Below, one piece after another: positions 36,978 through 51,230 of a DNA stretch of 64,000 nt; position 1 is the first letter of the stretch, and each line of letters starts with the position of its first letter. The stretch is from positions 700,224,319 through 700,288,318 of the forward strand of contig NC_058131.1 in the NCBI RefSeq assembly GCF_016433145.1, written 5' to 3'. The notes beneath the pieces were generated by a model that was not told where the DNA came from, made no database searches, and was given only the letters and a program-made list of their open reading frames with translations. A program made the translations under genes and the position numbers. The stretch comes from Gracilinanus agilis (lineage: Eukaryota).

Positions 36978-37360
36978 CTGCACAATTTAAAGAAATACAA
37001 ATGAATACACTTCCAAGGGATGACAAATTTTACAATATAATTTACAAAAACTTACTTTGTGGTAACTGTCCGAGTAACCTCTTGGTAATTAGAAGTTTGC
37101 AATCCCCACTTAGTGCTCATGAAATAGGGATTTTTCAACACTAGGTGGAAATTCAAATTCTCCAACAGGTTAAATTCAGACATGTATATTAAATTTCATC
37201 CTGGCCCCAAACAGGAGGTGTCAAAATCTGCAAATGTATCTTCATTTTTAGCTGCTTCTTTTTTTTTTTTTTTTTTTTTTTTAAATCATCCTGGTGCCAA
37301 CACTTGTATCATAGCTGGCCATGGGAATCCACCTTTTCATGAATAGGTTTTCAAATCTAG

Positions 37361-37548
37361 NNNNNNNNNNNNNNNNNNNNNNNNNNNNNNNNNNNNNNNN
37401 NNNNNNNNNNNNNNNNNNNNNNNNNNNNNNNNNNNNNNNNNNNNNNNNNNNNNNNNNNNNNNNNNNNNNNNNNNNNNNNNNNNNNNNNNNNNNNNNNNNN
37501 NNNNNNNNNNNNNNNNNNNNNNNNNNNNNNNNNNNNNNNNNNNNNNNN
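37361..37548. other. N gap (188 nt) covering the 3' half of an HNRNPH3 exon
   Basis: Run of n. Confidence 0.99.
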
Positions 37549-37642
37549 ATCATATGGTCCAGGTCGCTGTCCCAGCAATCTTCTTGGTGGGTCATAAAAT
37601 CCTTTGATTTCACTTCTGCTACTTTTGAAGATCTCGATATAC
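37549..37642 (-). CDS. HNRNPH3: HNRNPH3 exon, visible 5' part ([32 protein letters not shown]); remainder in N gap
   Basis: gtgtag acceptor at 37643-37644; runs into gap 37361-37548. Confidence 0.92.
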
Positions 37643-38117
37643 CTACACAAAAAAGATTTTTTAAGGTACAGGTTTCAGCATAAATGCATTTGTAGGTAAG
37701 ATACTGGGCAAAATTCAGTTACAGTTGTTTCTATAACTAGATGCATAACCCAATTTAAAATGCCTAGATATACCACAACTTAAATGTTTTTTTTTTTTAC
37801 CTACAAGCCTCAAAATAATTCTTAAGTGTACAATGTTTACATGAAAAAATTAGTCATTGAAAACAAACCATAAAATGTAAATATTTTAAATTTAAAACTT
37901 TTTGTTTCCTTTAGTACAAATTAGGTATTTTAAAGAAAACTGGGTGATGATATAGTAGTATTATCACAGAACACCCTATGTTTAATGGAAACAATCTGAT
38001 TTTAATTTATCAAACTAATAGCATTAACTCCCCACCCAAATCTGTATTTTCCAAGTTAAACTTAGGATAATTATAAATTCTTTAAACTAACCCAGAAAAT
38101 GTTATTGTCCCCCCCAT

Positions 38118-38409
38118 NNNNNNNNNNNNNNNNNNNNNNNNNNNNNNNNNNNNNNNNNNNNNNNNNNNNNNNNNNNNNNNNNNNNNNNNNNNNNNNNNNN
38201 NNNNNNNNNNNNNNNNNNNNNNNNNNNNNNNNNNNNNNNNNNNNNNNNNNNNNNNNNNNNNNNNNNNNNNNNNNNNNNNNNNNNNNNNNNNNNNNNNNNN
38301 NNNNNNNNNNNNNNNNNNNNNNNNNNNNNNNNNNNNNNNNNNNNNNNNNNNNNNNNNNNNNNNNNNNNNNNNNNNNNNNNNNNNNNNNNNNNNNNNNNNN
38401 NNNNNNNNN
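38118..38409. other. N gap (292 nt), probably hiding an entire HNRNPH3 exon
   Basis: Run of n at the expected position of the missing ~139-bp exon. Confidence 0.95.
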
Positions 38410-38799
38410 GACTAAAGAAAACAAACAAAAAAAAAAACTTAAGTTTCCCCATAACCCAATATTACAAACTGAAGAGTTTTCAAATATTATGGGTTTAATC
38501 ATGGTTTTTTTTTTTCTATCAGTGTGCTTTAAAAAAATTACACACAAGTTAAGCTCACCTATATTACATGAAAAAGCCATGGCTACTAATAAAATTATTT
38601 TATGCTCCACACACTAATTTATGGTTCATTTCAACACACAAAATTACCCTCAACTAAATTACTAGATAATAGGTCTCACAAATCATATATATTCTGTATT
38701 GAAATATTAACTGGAGCATCTTTCATACTTTAACATACAAATTAAAATATTATAGTTTCAAATTAGAATTTTCCCATACAAATGGGTTTTAGTAAATTA

Positions 38800-38934
<135 letters not shown>

Positions 38935-39123
38935 NNNNNNNNNNNNNNNNNNNNNNNNNNNNNNNNNNNNNNNNNNNNNNNNNNNNNNNNNNNNNNNNNN
39001 NNNNNNNNNNNNNNNNNNNNNNNNNNNNNNNNNNNNNNNNNNNNNNNNNNNNNNNNNNNNNNNNNNNNNNNNNNNNNNNNNNNNNNNNNNNNNNNNNNNN
39101 NNNNNNNNNNNNNNNNNNNNNNN
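38935..39123. other. N gap (189 nt) covering the HNRNPH3 start codon
   Basis: Run of n. Confidence 0.99.
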
Positions 39124-40511
39124 TAATCTATAGCAACTACTACTGTCATAATTAGAAGTTCATTACTCTTAACTTATTAGAAGTGACATACCTGTGACTG
39201 GACAATGGAAGATGGGTATTTCATCTCCCTTAATCCATTAATTAATACCATTCCTACTCTCACCAGGAAAAATTCACAAATGGAATGAAAACTTAAAAAT
39301 TCCTTAGTACTGAAATATATCTAAGAATCATAAACACATTTTACTTTCTGACAATTTTTTTGTACATGTAAACTCTAGTTCAGTCTTCCATTATCCATTA
39401 TGACAACCATGGTCTATCTAACAAACCAAATTTTGCTTCTCTCAATTTTTAAAATTTATTCCACAGAATTATTAATTTCTTAGTAAAGAAGTGGGTTAAG
39501 ACAGAAGGAATGATACTTTGAATTTCTTTTCTACTACTTCTATCTATTCCCCCCTTCCTCCAATCTATTACTATATATTACATAGCTGGATACACTCTAT
39601 TAAATAAAACCATTTAAAAAAGACTATTTTATTCACATTGCCCATGCTACCCAAACCTGCAGGTGTAAAAATCACATTTCCAAACAGATAAATGACAAAT
39701 CTTGAGAGTAATAAAAGGCAGTCTACACCATTGATGATCACAAGATGAAATTCAGAAAAAGGTGAAGCAATCCCAAATACCTGAAAACTAAAACTGAAGA
39801 GTTAGTGGAATTGATAAAAATGCATCTGTCTTCCACACTTTCTAGCCCCTTCTAAAAAAATAGGATTTTACACTAGAATGTACAACTTCTGAGGCCTAAC
39901 CAAAAATTTCTGCCTCTCTAGAACTACTGAAAACAATTCGAATATTAACAACAAAATTACGAATGACAATTTTTTAGATGTTGAAAATATGAACATTTCT
40001 TTCTTGAAAAATCTGTATGAAGAGATCAGATACTCTACAAAGAACCCAGTTCAGTAGCTGATGGAGACAGTACATAGTAACCAGACACAAGGCAATCTCC
40101 TTCATTCCCTGCTTTGCTTTTGTCATAGGGTAGACTTGTTCTTACCCTAGCCTTTAACACAGACCCATTGCCTCCCTTACACCCACTTACTTAGCAATTT
40201 CAGACTGTCATGAATTTTCATTTTTCATAAAGTTCTCTATCTACAGAAACTTTACAATACTAATTTATGATCCAACCTCAGAAATCCTATTCACCCAAAC
40301 ATGACAAATTTTCCTATTCACTTGCTGTGTTTAGGAACACATACCATATATCGATAATGCCACAAAGTTTAATAATGACATTATTAAGGACAAAATTAAG
40401 GAACAGAGGACGTCACAGGCATTATTATAAAAGGACTTCTGGACATAGGCCTCATAGTTAGGAAATGAGAAATTTAAAGTTGAAAAGAACCTTACAAATT
40501 ATTGTCTAGCT

Positions 40512-40650
40512 CAGTAGTGTCAAACTCAAATAGAAACAAAATCATATAGACATAATATTTTACTGCATTTTGTTCAGTATTTTCCAATTACATTTTAATC
40601 TGGTTCAGGCTACTCTGGGGTATTGTAGGCCTTACTGTTTGACACCTCTG
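40512..40650. mobile_element. hAT/Charlie-type MITE, 139 bp
   Basis: TIRs cagtagtgtcaaac / gtttgacacctctg; TSD gtctagct / atctagct (7/8), NTCTAGNN-type target. Confidence 0.75.
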
Positions 40651-43099
40651 ATCTAGCTCAATCTCAATTCTGGGAATCAAAATGGCTTGCTGAAGGAAAC
40701 CAAAATAACAATTAGGAAAGGTAGATTTGAACCCAGATCCTTCAAACTCCAAATTTAATGCATGTTCACTGCACAAACATATCCATCAGAAAAAAAGAAA
40801 TTCTCTGCAGCATTTGGAAAAGACTGCTAGAGAATACAGAAATAAAGTTAGTTCCGTCTCTAAAATCCAACTTTTCCTCATTACATATCCCATATGATGG
40901 TTTTAAAAGCTTTTCTTGGAAACTATCTAGAGTAGACCACAAACCAGAACATTACAGAGCCAAGTAACTGATTAAAAATACTTATTTATGAGCCCTCTAG
41001 CATTCTTTTTTGTTTAAATTTTTCTTTAAGCTGGTCTCTGACAAGAAACTAAATAAGTACAAAACTAAAGGGCTGAAGGTGAAAAGTTAAGGCCAAGGAG
41101 GAAAATGTGGCTCTCAAAGAGTTATCTCTGAAGCTAACCTAGATGATTTCATCTTACTCTGTATTACCTTCAATGTGTAGAGATCTAACACGGAAGGGTA
41201 GAGGTATCACTAGCTGGTGTAACAACAGAACTTGAGACTACCCCAAAGAAATGGTAAAGAAGATCAAGTCCCGAAACTTTTCTGGAGATATCAAAGCAAA
41301 GTCAAAAAGATTTCTTAAATCTGTATTAGTTTCCCTTAAGCTACTACCTATGGGGGAAAACAGCTTAATAAAAGCAAAAGAAGCACAAAAAGTTCCAAAA
41401 TCCAAAATTAAAGGAGCAACTGTGCTTGAGCTCTGGTACAGAAAAGACAATCTCAATACCGGACTCCTGTATGTGCAGTTAACTCCTGACTACAGGCAGT
41501 GAGAAAAGAATGCTCCCTTCCTCTTTTTGGGGTTGGGGGAAGAGATGTGAAGATATCCAGAGTACCTGAATACTAAATAAAATACCTACATTAATTTAGC
41601 AGAAATTTTCAACACAAACTAGTTTAAACTATTTTTAAAAATCTCACAATTCTGGAGCTTTCCTTTTGCTTTCAAATTTTAAAATAAAGACCAGTCTTAC
41701 ATCAAGTATGGAACAGAAAACAAACAGACCCAAGTTTGTTTTTTATAAATTATTAGCCTTAGCCTTTATATTTGGTGATAGATTCCTTGGACAGCAAAGA
41801 AATGTTCTGATGACTAGAATTCTAGTTGCAAATTACAATCAGACAGAAATAAAACTGGAAAAGCTAAGCCTGCTACTTTCAACTTCTTCATTCATTAGCA
41901 CACTTCTACTTTATATTAAAAATGTGATATTTTCTATGTAGAATACTTGCGAACATCAACTAACAGAAATTTAAGAAATCAGAAATACCTTAAAAATAAA
42001 CACAGATGCTTTTTTGTTTGGAAGAAATGGTGACATAACTCTACTTTAAAAAAAAGACATTCTATGATTGTCCCAAGCATCCAGGACGTTAAAGAAACCT
42101 GTAATTCAAGGATCAACTCCTATTGGAATTAATTTACTTACAAGCTTGACAACATTATCCACCTAAGGGAGTATAATTAAGTAAAATCCTTCTAAAGCAG
42201 TGCATATAAACACACAACTAGCTGTTAAGTAACTGGATAGTACTGATTGCAGTTTGCAATCTTCTCCACAGATACACCAGTTGTATGCATTTTTATTATT
42301 AAAATAACCAGTCCTAAGCTTTAAAAGCAATGCTGGAATTCATCAAGGAAATTTCCACAACTAATGGAAAGGAACAGCAATTAGATAGATGACCACTGGG
42401 TTGAGATAAAGAGAAGAGATAAGATACTGAGATATACAAATATGGGGATTATTAAATTAAGCCATAATTACCAGGTCAGACACTCAGCCTTTTTTCATTC
42501 TGGGGCATTTTGCTTTTAAAAGCAAAGTTTCTAGTTAAATATTTTTCATTACATTGTTGGCACTTTTAGACACTTTCCATACTGAGAATATATAAGGGTG
42601 CATGCCCTGTAGTTAAAAAATTCTGAAGCATACATTTTCTGGATGGAACCTTTTATTTTCTCAAAAGCCTTTTGTGCTGTTTTTGTAAACTACGCTTTTG
42701 CCCTTTCCCCTCCCTCAATAAAAAAATCAGAAACCTCCTGATTTGTGCGGTACTCCCAAAAGCTTCTTTACTTGGCCAGCTTCTTTCCTGAGCTCAATTA
42801 TCTAATGTGTTGAGGGCCGGGGGGAGGTGGGTGCGCCAGTGACATTCAAACAATCTCTGTTAACTGGGTCCAACGCTTGGAAAGAGATGGGGTGCATAAA
42901 GCCCTCTCAAAACATCTCCCTAGTCGCGCCTCACATAGTTACCGTTACTAGACCTTTCTCTTTACCCAGAAAAGTCCTTTCGGTCCCAGCCCAGCCCTCG
43001 AGAAACTCGACCAAACACTTCAAACATCAATAGTTCGATCCAACCGGTCTTCCCTCGGCGTGTAAGAACAGAACCAGCCGGCTTCCCGCTAGCTGGGGC

Positions 43100-44450
43100 T
43101 TATTCCCCACCTCCCTCTACCCTCCACGAGCACAACTTCCCCCAACAAAGCGGTCCACGAGCAGTCCAGTCCCGGCCCAGCCCGTCCCCGCAGGCCGCCC
43201 CATCGGTTACTTTCCCCAAGGCCCTGGGGGGCGGGACCACAAAGGAGGCCGCCCGCTCCTTTGTCCCCGCCGCGGTGCTCCCGGTCTCCCTCCCTCAGCT
43301 CCCCCGCCTGGCCCGGGATGAGAAGAACCAGGGGGCGGCGCCGGGGCCCGCGCGGACTCCACGTCCCTCCGCTGTCCGGCAGCCCTCAGCCCAGGGAGGA
43401 CCGAGAAGCCGCGGACCCCGAAGCGGTGGAGGCCGGAGGGGCGGGCCGGGCCGGGGCGCGCCAACGCGCTCAAAATGGCGGCGGCGGCAGAGCGCACTCC
43501 AGACACGGGCCCGGCTCCCCGGCCCAGTCGCCCGCCACCTCCAGGCCTAGCTCCCCCACGTCCGTCCGCCCGTCCGTCCTGCTCCTGGCCTGGCCCCCGG
43601 ACGCCCCGTCGTACCTCAGACACCCGGGCTAGCGGGCGGGCGGGCTCCGGCGGCAGGAGGCGCGAGGTCAGGGGCGGCCGCTAGTCTCGCGCTGCGTGCG
43701 CCCTCCACAAACGGTCCCTTCAACCGTCTCCCGGCGGCGGCAGAGGGTAGCTGCGCAGCTGAGCCGGCGGCGGCGGCAGGAAGGCGAGAAGGGGGCTGGG
43801 GAAGCGGTACCAACGAAACCCCCCGGGCGTCGCGCGGATCTCGCGGGAACTCGGGGCACAAGCTCGCGAAGTGAGCTGCGCGGGATAGGGCTGGCCTCCG
43901 TGCGCGTGCGCCGCCGCGCCGCCGTCTGTTGAGTCGCGCTGCGCGGCGCGAGGGGGCGGGGTTTCTGTCACACTCTCTCTCTCTCTGCCCTGGGCGGCCG
44001 CGGTCCTCCAATCTAGGCCGCTTGGGGGCGGGATCATCGCACCTGCATGGCGGGGACCGGAACTGTTGGTTACCTGCGAGGGCTGAGATTCCTTAGCGCT
44101 CTCGGAATTGCATTCCTCTGTCTTACGGAGAGTACTCGGGGGTCTGGAAGAACCGTGCAGCTTCCGAAGGAGGAGGGACGCAGAAGGTGACAGGCTTTGG
44201 CGACTGGCAGATATCAGCGGGCCAGAAGTGGCCACCCGCGTTCTCCGTAGGGGGACAACGAGGCCGTGCCGGGAGCTTCCGTGGGCTGGGAAGCGAGCGT
44301 GGGAGTGCGGGCGGCAGGGACTGTGCCTTTGCGTCCTTCGCAGGCGGCCAATAAATATTTGGTGGAAGAAGTTTGAACGTCCGCCCTTTTTTCTCGCCCT
44401 TTGCTAGCGTGCGGCTCTAGCAGCTTTGTGGAAGTGACTTTTTTTCTTAT
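43100..44450. promoter_or_regulatory. CpG island / promoter of HNRNPH3, with YY1-type motif AAAATGGCGGC (43472-43482) and GC box GGGGCGGGG (43953-43961)
   Basis: Very high GC and CpG density against an AT-rich background; motifs read directly from sequence. Confidence 0.85.
43615..43800 (-). other. HNRNPH3: Probable non-coding exon 1 of HNRNPH3
   Basis: GAG|gtacga donor at 43614-43613 inside the CpG island. Sequence resembles the recalled human 5' UTR (gagacggttg...accgtt). 5' boundary approximate. Confidence 0.55.
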
Positions 44451-45066
44451 TGGAGAAATGGAAGTAATGCCGCTTGCAGAGTCTATTATGTCAGACGCGT
44501 TGACTTCTTGGCACTGTTTCCTGGCCTCGTTTATAACCCGACTGAATGGAAAGGGCTGCATGAAAAGAGTGAGGTACTAAGTAGGGGCCATTATTCACTA
44601 AAAAAGTGAGACCGCCTTTAATCAGTCTTTCCAACACACATACTTGTGGCCTGGCACGTGGCGCTAGTCCAAGATCGAGGATTTCTGTGAGATTATCTGT
44701 CTGGAATTGTTTCCAAAGAGACGGAAGCCCTCCCGAGCCCTCCCGGCTGCTTACCGGATCTTTTCCCCCTTTGTTTCTCCTTCCATCTCTATGGTACCCT
44801 TGTATTAGCAGAAAGACCAGAGGGGGCCCTGTAGGGAATCCTGTTAGAGGCCTGAAGAGAGAGAGAAGGGCGCAGAGATGTACCCACACCACCACCCAGA
44901 GGTGGAAGAAAGAAAGACACGGGGGAGAAAAGTACCTTAGGAGGAAGAAAATGCCAAATATTTGCGTGAAAATTCAGTGTGAGGGTAAAAGGAGAAAAAA
45001 CTGAGTCTATCTATATGATTCTGTGTCCCTCTTCCCCGCATAAAAATTACTTTCAAATAAACTGGA

Positions 45067-45258
45067 AAGGGGGCAGCTGGGTAGCTCACTGGATTGAGAG
45101 TCAGGCCTAGAGACTGGAGGTCCTAGGTTCAAATCCGGCCTCAGACACTTCCTAGCTGTGTGACCCTGGGCAAGTCTCTTGACCCCCATGGCCCACCCAC
45201 CCTTACCACTCTTCCACCTAGGAGCCAATACACAGAAATTAAGGGTTTAAATAAAATA
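45067..45258 (+). mobile_element. Young SINE1_Mdo-like SINE with 12-bp TSD aaataaactgga
   Basis: TSD at 45055-45066 and 45259-45270. Confidence 0.88.
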
Positions 45259-45689
45259 AAATAAACTGGATACATACTGAATCCAATTAAATGAATTGAG
45301 TGCCATCTTCAAAAACTGTAGGTAGGAATGTAATAATCTGTAATTAAAATTTTTTGTTAAATGTGGGGAAGATGTGTTGTTAGTCCAGGGTAGTAATATG
45401 CAAAAAAAAAAAAAAACCCAAAACGAAATAAGGGCATCAATCAAACATTTAAAATCAGAAGGTAGGAAGGAGATAGAAAGCAATACTTGGTTAAATTTTA
45501 CCCACACTTAATCTATATAAAACAAAAATTCACAGGTTCACATACAGCCCTCTTTTTTGTTCTTTCTGTATTTAAAATGGTTAGGTTCAAGATAAAAAAA
45601 AAGAATTTAAATGCTAAAATCCAAAGAGAGTCCTCTATACTTTATGCCTTAATTAAACCTGGGAGTAAGTTTACCTGCCTCTACTTTCT

Positions 45690-48600
45690 TCCCATTCCAA
45701 TCCATCCTCCATTGAGCCACTAAAGTGATTTTCCTAACACTGGCCCAGCAGTATAATTCCTCTAATTCTATAAACTTCCAGAGCTTCCCATTGCCTCCAG
45801 GAAAAAAAATGCAAAATGTGCTTTTTTTTTTTAAATGAAAAAAAGCCTTTCATAGCCACTTTCTTCCTTTCCTGGCTTCTAACACCTTACTCTCCTGCTA
45901 CCCCACTAACCCCTGACTCTTGCTCTTTGGTCCAGTGACCCTGATTTCAGAGCTGTTCCAAAACTAGATATTCAATCTCTTGGCTCTGTTCCCCAAACAC
46001 TGGCTGTTCCCTAGGCCTGGAAGGCCTCCCTCCACTCACATTACTCACCTCTCAGGCTTTTTTATTTCCAACTAAAATCATCTACAGGAAGCTTTCCCCA
46101 ACTCCTCTTAGTTCTAGAGCCTTCCCTTTGTTGATTATTTCCTTCTTATCCTGTATAATTTGCTTTGTATGTTGTTTAACCCATTAGATAGTAAACTCCT
46201 TGAGGACAGGGATTATCTTTTGCCTCTTTTTTTAATGTCCAGCACTTAACACAGTGCCTGACACATAGTATTATATAAATATTAGCTATTATTATCCCAG
46301 ACACTACAGGAAATCACTGAAGATTTTTTATCAGGAGAGTGATTTGGTAGGAGCAGCTAGATTGGTGGGTGGCCACAAAGCCAGGCTTAGAGATGAGAGG
46401 TCCCGAGTTCAAGTGTGTCCTCAGACACTTCCTAGCTGTGTGAATCTGGGCAAGTCCCTTAAATCCCCATTGCCTAATCCTTACTGCTCCTCTGCCTTGG
46501 CACCAATACACAGCATGATTCTAAGTTGGAAAGTAAGGGTAGGAAAAATAAGGTATTCTGCTTAAAGAACCTTTCCCTCTCATTGTTCAAACATTTATAA
46601 AATTGACTATACACAGTACATTATGCTAAGTATGGGGAGAGACCTTAGTACCTACCAGCAAGCCAGCCCTCATCTTGCAAAGACCTTTAGACCTTATTTT
46701 CTAATGTTAAGAGTATTTATCTTATGAGGTTTTCCTTACTGGTCTGATCCTATAATTGAAAAAAACAACACCTCAAACTAACCCAAGTCATTCTGCATTT
46801 TTTTTCTCCTCCAAAGTGCTAGCTCCTTCCTTTAGCATGAACTTCCTCCTCTGCTCACTCTCCTCTTTCTTCCAGACCAACTCAAGCACCACCTCCAAGG
46901 TACAGAAAGGCATTTGAGGTTCCCCCCAAGGCTGGAGCCCTTCCTCCATCCCTCCCTGCCTTGTATTTCACTAGTTTGTACTTATTTGTTCTCTTTTTAT
47001 TCATTTTGTAAATCATTATAGATGTATTTTTTGGAATTTCCCTGGTTAGTATCCCTCAAATAAGAATTGTTCATTCCCTGTATATGTATCCCCAGTGCTT
47101 AGCACAGGGTCTGGATTATAGTAGATACTTAACAAATGCTTGCTGATTGATAAGATCTCTCTGCAGAATCCTATGGCATGTAGTATTATCATCAGTGCAT
47201 TTGATATGGATTTCTACTCCAGTTCACAACTGAGACATTTTATTCAAATCAAAGATGAACATATTTATAAAGAGTATCCCACTGGATGGCATAAATACCA
47301 TTCTGCATCTGTAGTTCTCCACTTTTCTGCCAAGGTGAAGGAAGTATGTTTCATCATGAATCAGCCCTATGGAATTGACTTTGATTATTAGCAAATATTT
47401 GCTATTGAAAGTAGGTTTGATGGGGGAAAGGGTAGGACAAGTTAGGAGCCCACACCACAATGAACAAAGAACGAAAAAATAGCAACTGGAACCTCACAGA
47501 CAAACCTCCTGGCCTTTATCCTCCTCAAATTTGGGGGTGAAAATCTGTACTTAGAATTCCCTTGCTTCAAGGCTTTTCTCTGGTTAACATTAAGGCTTCA
47601 CCTTCAGGGCAGGGGTGAATTTAACTATCTTTTGGACCACAAATGGTAGTGCAATGAAGACTTAAAAAGGAATCTTACTTGGTTTATTATTTATTTATTC
47701 GTAAGGTCATAATTCAACAATTACCAAACAACACTTTTCTCCAATTGTTCAAACCATTAAATTCTAATTCATCTAGTCAGTTAGACTAAAGCCATTCTTG
47801 AATTTTCTGGTCCTGTTTTCTCACCTGCCAAATGAGTTGCATGAGATGACTTCTAAATTCCAACTCTAATGCTATGATCCTTTGAACTTCAGACAGCTGC
47901 TGGTTAGTACCTACTTTTTTCATATCAGTTTCACAATAAAACAAACATCAGCCCACATTTTGAAAAAAAGATGGATAATAGGATCCAGAAGTATAGTTAT
48001 TATATTTTACTATATGTGATGACAAGCTTCAGTAGAAGCTAAGTATTATTACAGAATTAGCTTTGTACCATCAGTTTATGATCAGGATGATTGGTCTTCT
48101 TGTTTCAAGTCTCTCACTATTACAGTTTAGCCATCATTCAGCTGTCAGATTAATCTTCCTGAAGCACAGGTCTGACCCAGCAGCCCTGCACCTCCTCCCC
48201 ACCATTCAAGCTCCCCATTTCTACTAGCATCAAATAGGAAATCATCTGTTTTGGCATTTTCAGAGTGAATGAAATTTCCAACCACGTGATGAGAAAAAAT
48301 TCAAATTTGCAGGGGAGAAACGTTAAAATGAAATTTCAGTGATGTGACCATAACCTCAGCTAAGTATTTAAGAAAGAAGGCTAATAGAAAATGGATTTTT
48401 CCAATCTTATATTAAATGTAATTTGGCAATATCTAGTGCAGAACTAAAATATTAGTTGATTATGAAAGAATAAAAATCATGCTTAATTATAGAATTTACA
48501 ATAAAATGTTACCATGCATTTGAGGGGAAAAGTCCATGGAAATTTCGTGGAGTTAAAATGTCAAAGATGCCTTTCCACATAACATACAATTATAAAGTTG

Positions 48601-50350
48601 CATTTTATAGGAATTTCCTCTCAAGTAAAAAATAGTCTGGGCATTTTTGAAGCATAAATGAGATAATGCATTACCTGATTTTGTTGCACAGGAGACCTTT
48701 TAAAATTATGCTCTCCATTGCTAAATTACATTTGAAATTTCTACAGAAGGATCTTAGAACAGTGATTTCTGGACTTTCCAAACAAGTTTATTAAAATGAT
48801 CAAATGATTTGCAACAGGAAGAAAAGGGTATTTTAAAATATAGTGGATAGAAAATATTAATAAGCAAATTCCACAAAAAGTTCAGATTCATTCTTAAAAT
48901 TAGTTTTTATATTTCTATCATCTTTCCTTGAACATTTTTATATGGACCCCCAAGCATCAATGATCTTCACTCACTATATATGTGAAACCTATGGCATAAG
49001 TGCCAAAGATGGCAAGCAGAGCCCTCTCTATGGGTACCTGTATCCTCCCCCAGTTCTTTACTAGAAAGGCCAAGGGACTTGGCAGAGCTGCTCCCTTCCT
49101 GCTCTCTCCACCATGCCTGATGTTTTTTCACATTTCACAGCCCCCCTGCCCAGCAGCCAATGGGAGCACACAGGGTAAGGTGGGCGACTCACAGGCTGAA
49201 GAGCTGGTGGGGAGCAGAGTGCTGGGCCATCCCCCGCCCCCTCTCTACCTTACTGAAGACATTCTTCACTTCACCCGCCCCTCTGTCCAGCAGCCCAATG
49301 GGAGTGCTTCCTCCATCCCCTGAGTGGGGTAAGGGGGGGCCTGACCCATCACTCAGCCTGGGGGGGATGGGGCCCAGCACTCCATCTCTAACAGGTTTGT
49401 CAGCACTGAACTATAGTATGTACCTCGTCCTCCCTTATGTAACAATGAACAGAAAAATAAATATAAAGCGGTAACAGGAGAAATCTTGTTCCATTACTCT
49501 AATTATTCAGACCTTGGTTATCTTACTCAGACTAGTGCAATAACTTCTTCACTGATCACCCTACCTCAAGCATCTTTCTACTCCAATATTTCATGCTAAA
49601 AAGATATTCCTAAAATATAGGTCTGACCATACCATTCCCCTGCTCAAGTTCTCTGAATGAGGGCAGCTAGATGGCTCAAATGAATAGAGAACCAGGCCTA
49701 GGGATGGGAGGCTACGGGTTCAAATGTGGCCTCAGAAATTTCCTAGCTGTGTGGTCCTGTACAAGTCACTTAACTCCCATTGAGTAGGCCTTACTACTCT
49801 CTCAGCCTCTGAACATCCAATGCATATATTGATTCTAAAATGGAAGGTAAGGATTTTTTTTTTTTTTGATGTTCCCTGGACCGTTCTATGGTTAGCATAA
49901 TACTTAGCATAGTGTGCTTTTAAAAAATGCTTCTTCAAAAATTTATTCTAGGATAACACAAATGCCTGTTTGGCATTTAAAGCCCTTTTTGGCTGGTTCT
50001 AGACTACCTTTCTGGGATTACTGCCTGCTGTTCTTCACACATTCTCTAATCTGGCCTAGTTTACCTGTGTTTCCTCTATACCCCATCTTCTATCTCCATG
50101 CTTTTGCCAAGGCTGTTCCCTAAGAGCTGAGCTTCCTTCAAAGCTAGGCTCAAGGTCTACCTCCTATATGAAACCCATCATAATGCACCCCAATTGCTAG
50201 TGTCTGTACCCCCAGAAATAACTTTGAGCATATTTTGCACTTACTTAGTGTTGCACCTCAATAGACTAAGCTCCCCTGGATTGTTTTTATCTTTGTATCC
50301 CCAGAACTTGGATGGTGCTTGGCATATAGCAGGTACTTAATGCTCCTTCA
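45690..50350. mobile_element. Cluster of old L2/MIR fragments with SINEs at ~46345-46545 and ~49660-49860
   Basis: L2 3'-end motifs (cacagtgcctgacacatag, cttaacaaatgcttgctgattga, gcttggcatatagcaggtacttaa). Boundaries approximate. Confidence 0.55.
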
Positions 50351-51230
50351 ACAAGGACAGGGAATACCATAGCAACAATGTAATTTTAATTTTTATTTGG
50401 GACAAGGATAAACAGTACTTTTAGGGGCAGATATATAGCATGATGGTTAGTGATGGGCTTGAAATCAGGAAGTCTTCTCTTCATGAATCCCAAGTCACTT
50501 AACCCTGTTTGCCTAAAAAAAAAAATAAAATTAAAAAACCCAATTTTTTATTAGATAAAACTAATAAGCAATAATATTTAAGCAGTATAAAAAATTAGCA
50601 ATTTGTTTAATTTGACATAGGCTTGCAACAATAATTAAACAAATAATTAAATTGTTTAGTAAATGATTATTTTTATGTAGGACAAGGATAAACAATAAAG
50701 TAACACAACTTAATCCTAGCCAGGGTTCTTTGTGAATATTGCCTTCTCCCATTCCTTTTGCCCTTGGAGAAGTCTTGAACCCCAATGTGGTTTGAATTCC
50801 TTTCTATCTAGTATGATTTGGTGATTATTGTTCTACAGGTAGAGTAGAGGAATGGAAACTTCAGCAAAGGCAGCTCCTGCACCTTAGCTCAGGCTGGGTC
50901 TGTGGCTGTTAGGCTTTCTCCTTCCCTGGCTCAACCTGACCTAGGATCTAACTGCAGCTTGCCCAACAGCCCCAAACTCTTGCTGCTACTTGTTGTTGGT
51001 CTCCAGTTCACAGAATCCACCACCACTAGCACCCTATTATCAAAGGCACAGCAGTGAGTTGATTAATGCAACCTGGGAGGACCTAAGCATACAGCCAGGA
51101 ATCCTCTTAGCCTCTACTGTGGAATAGAAGCCAATCTGTATCTAGCTTCTGAGCTGGTCAGATCAGGGCCTGGAAGATCAAGCACAATCTAACACTCAGT
51201 CTTAAATGGAGAGAGCTGACACTGGGGCAG

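Noticed and set aside
41160-41500. Possible extra splice sites in HNRNPH3 intron 1 (cctgtag acceptor near 41485, gaag|gtaata donor near 41167)
   Set aside because: They do not define a clear exon and cannot be supported without transcript data.
43207-45004. Long ORFs across the CpG island, including an ATG in caaaATGGCGGCG
   Set aside because: Typical CpG-island artefacts; that ATG is part of a YY1-type motif in HNRNPH3 intron 1.
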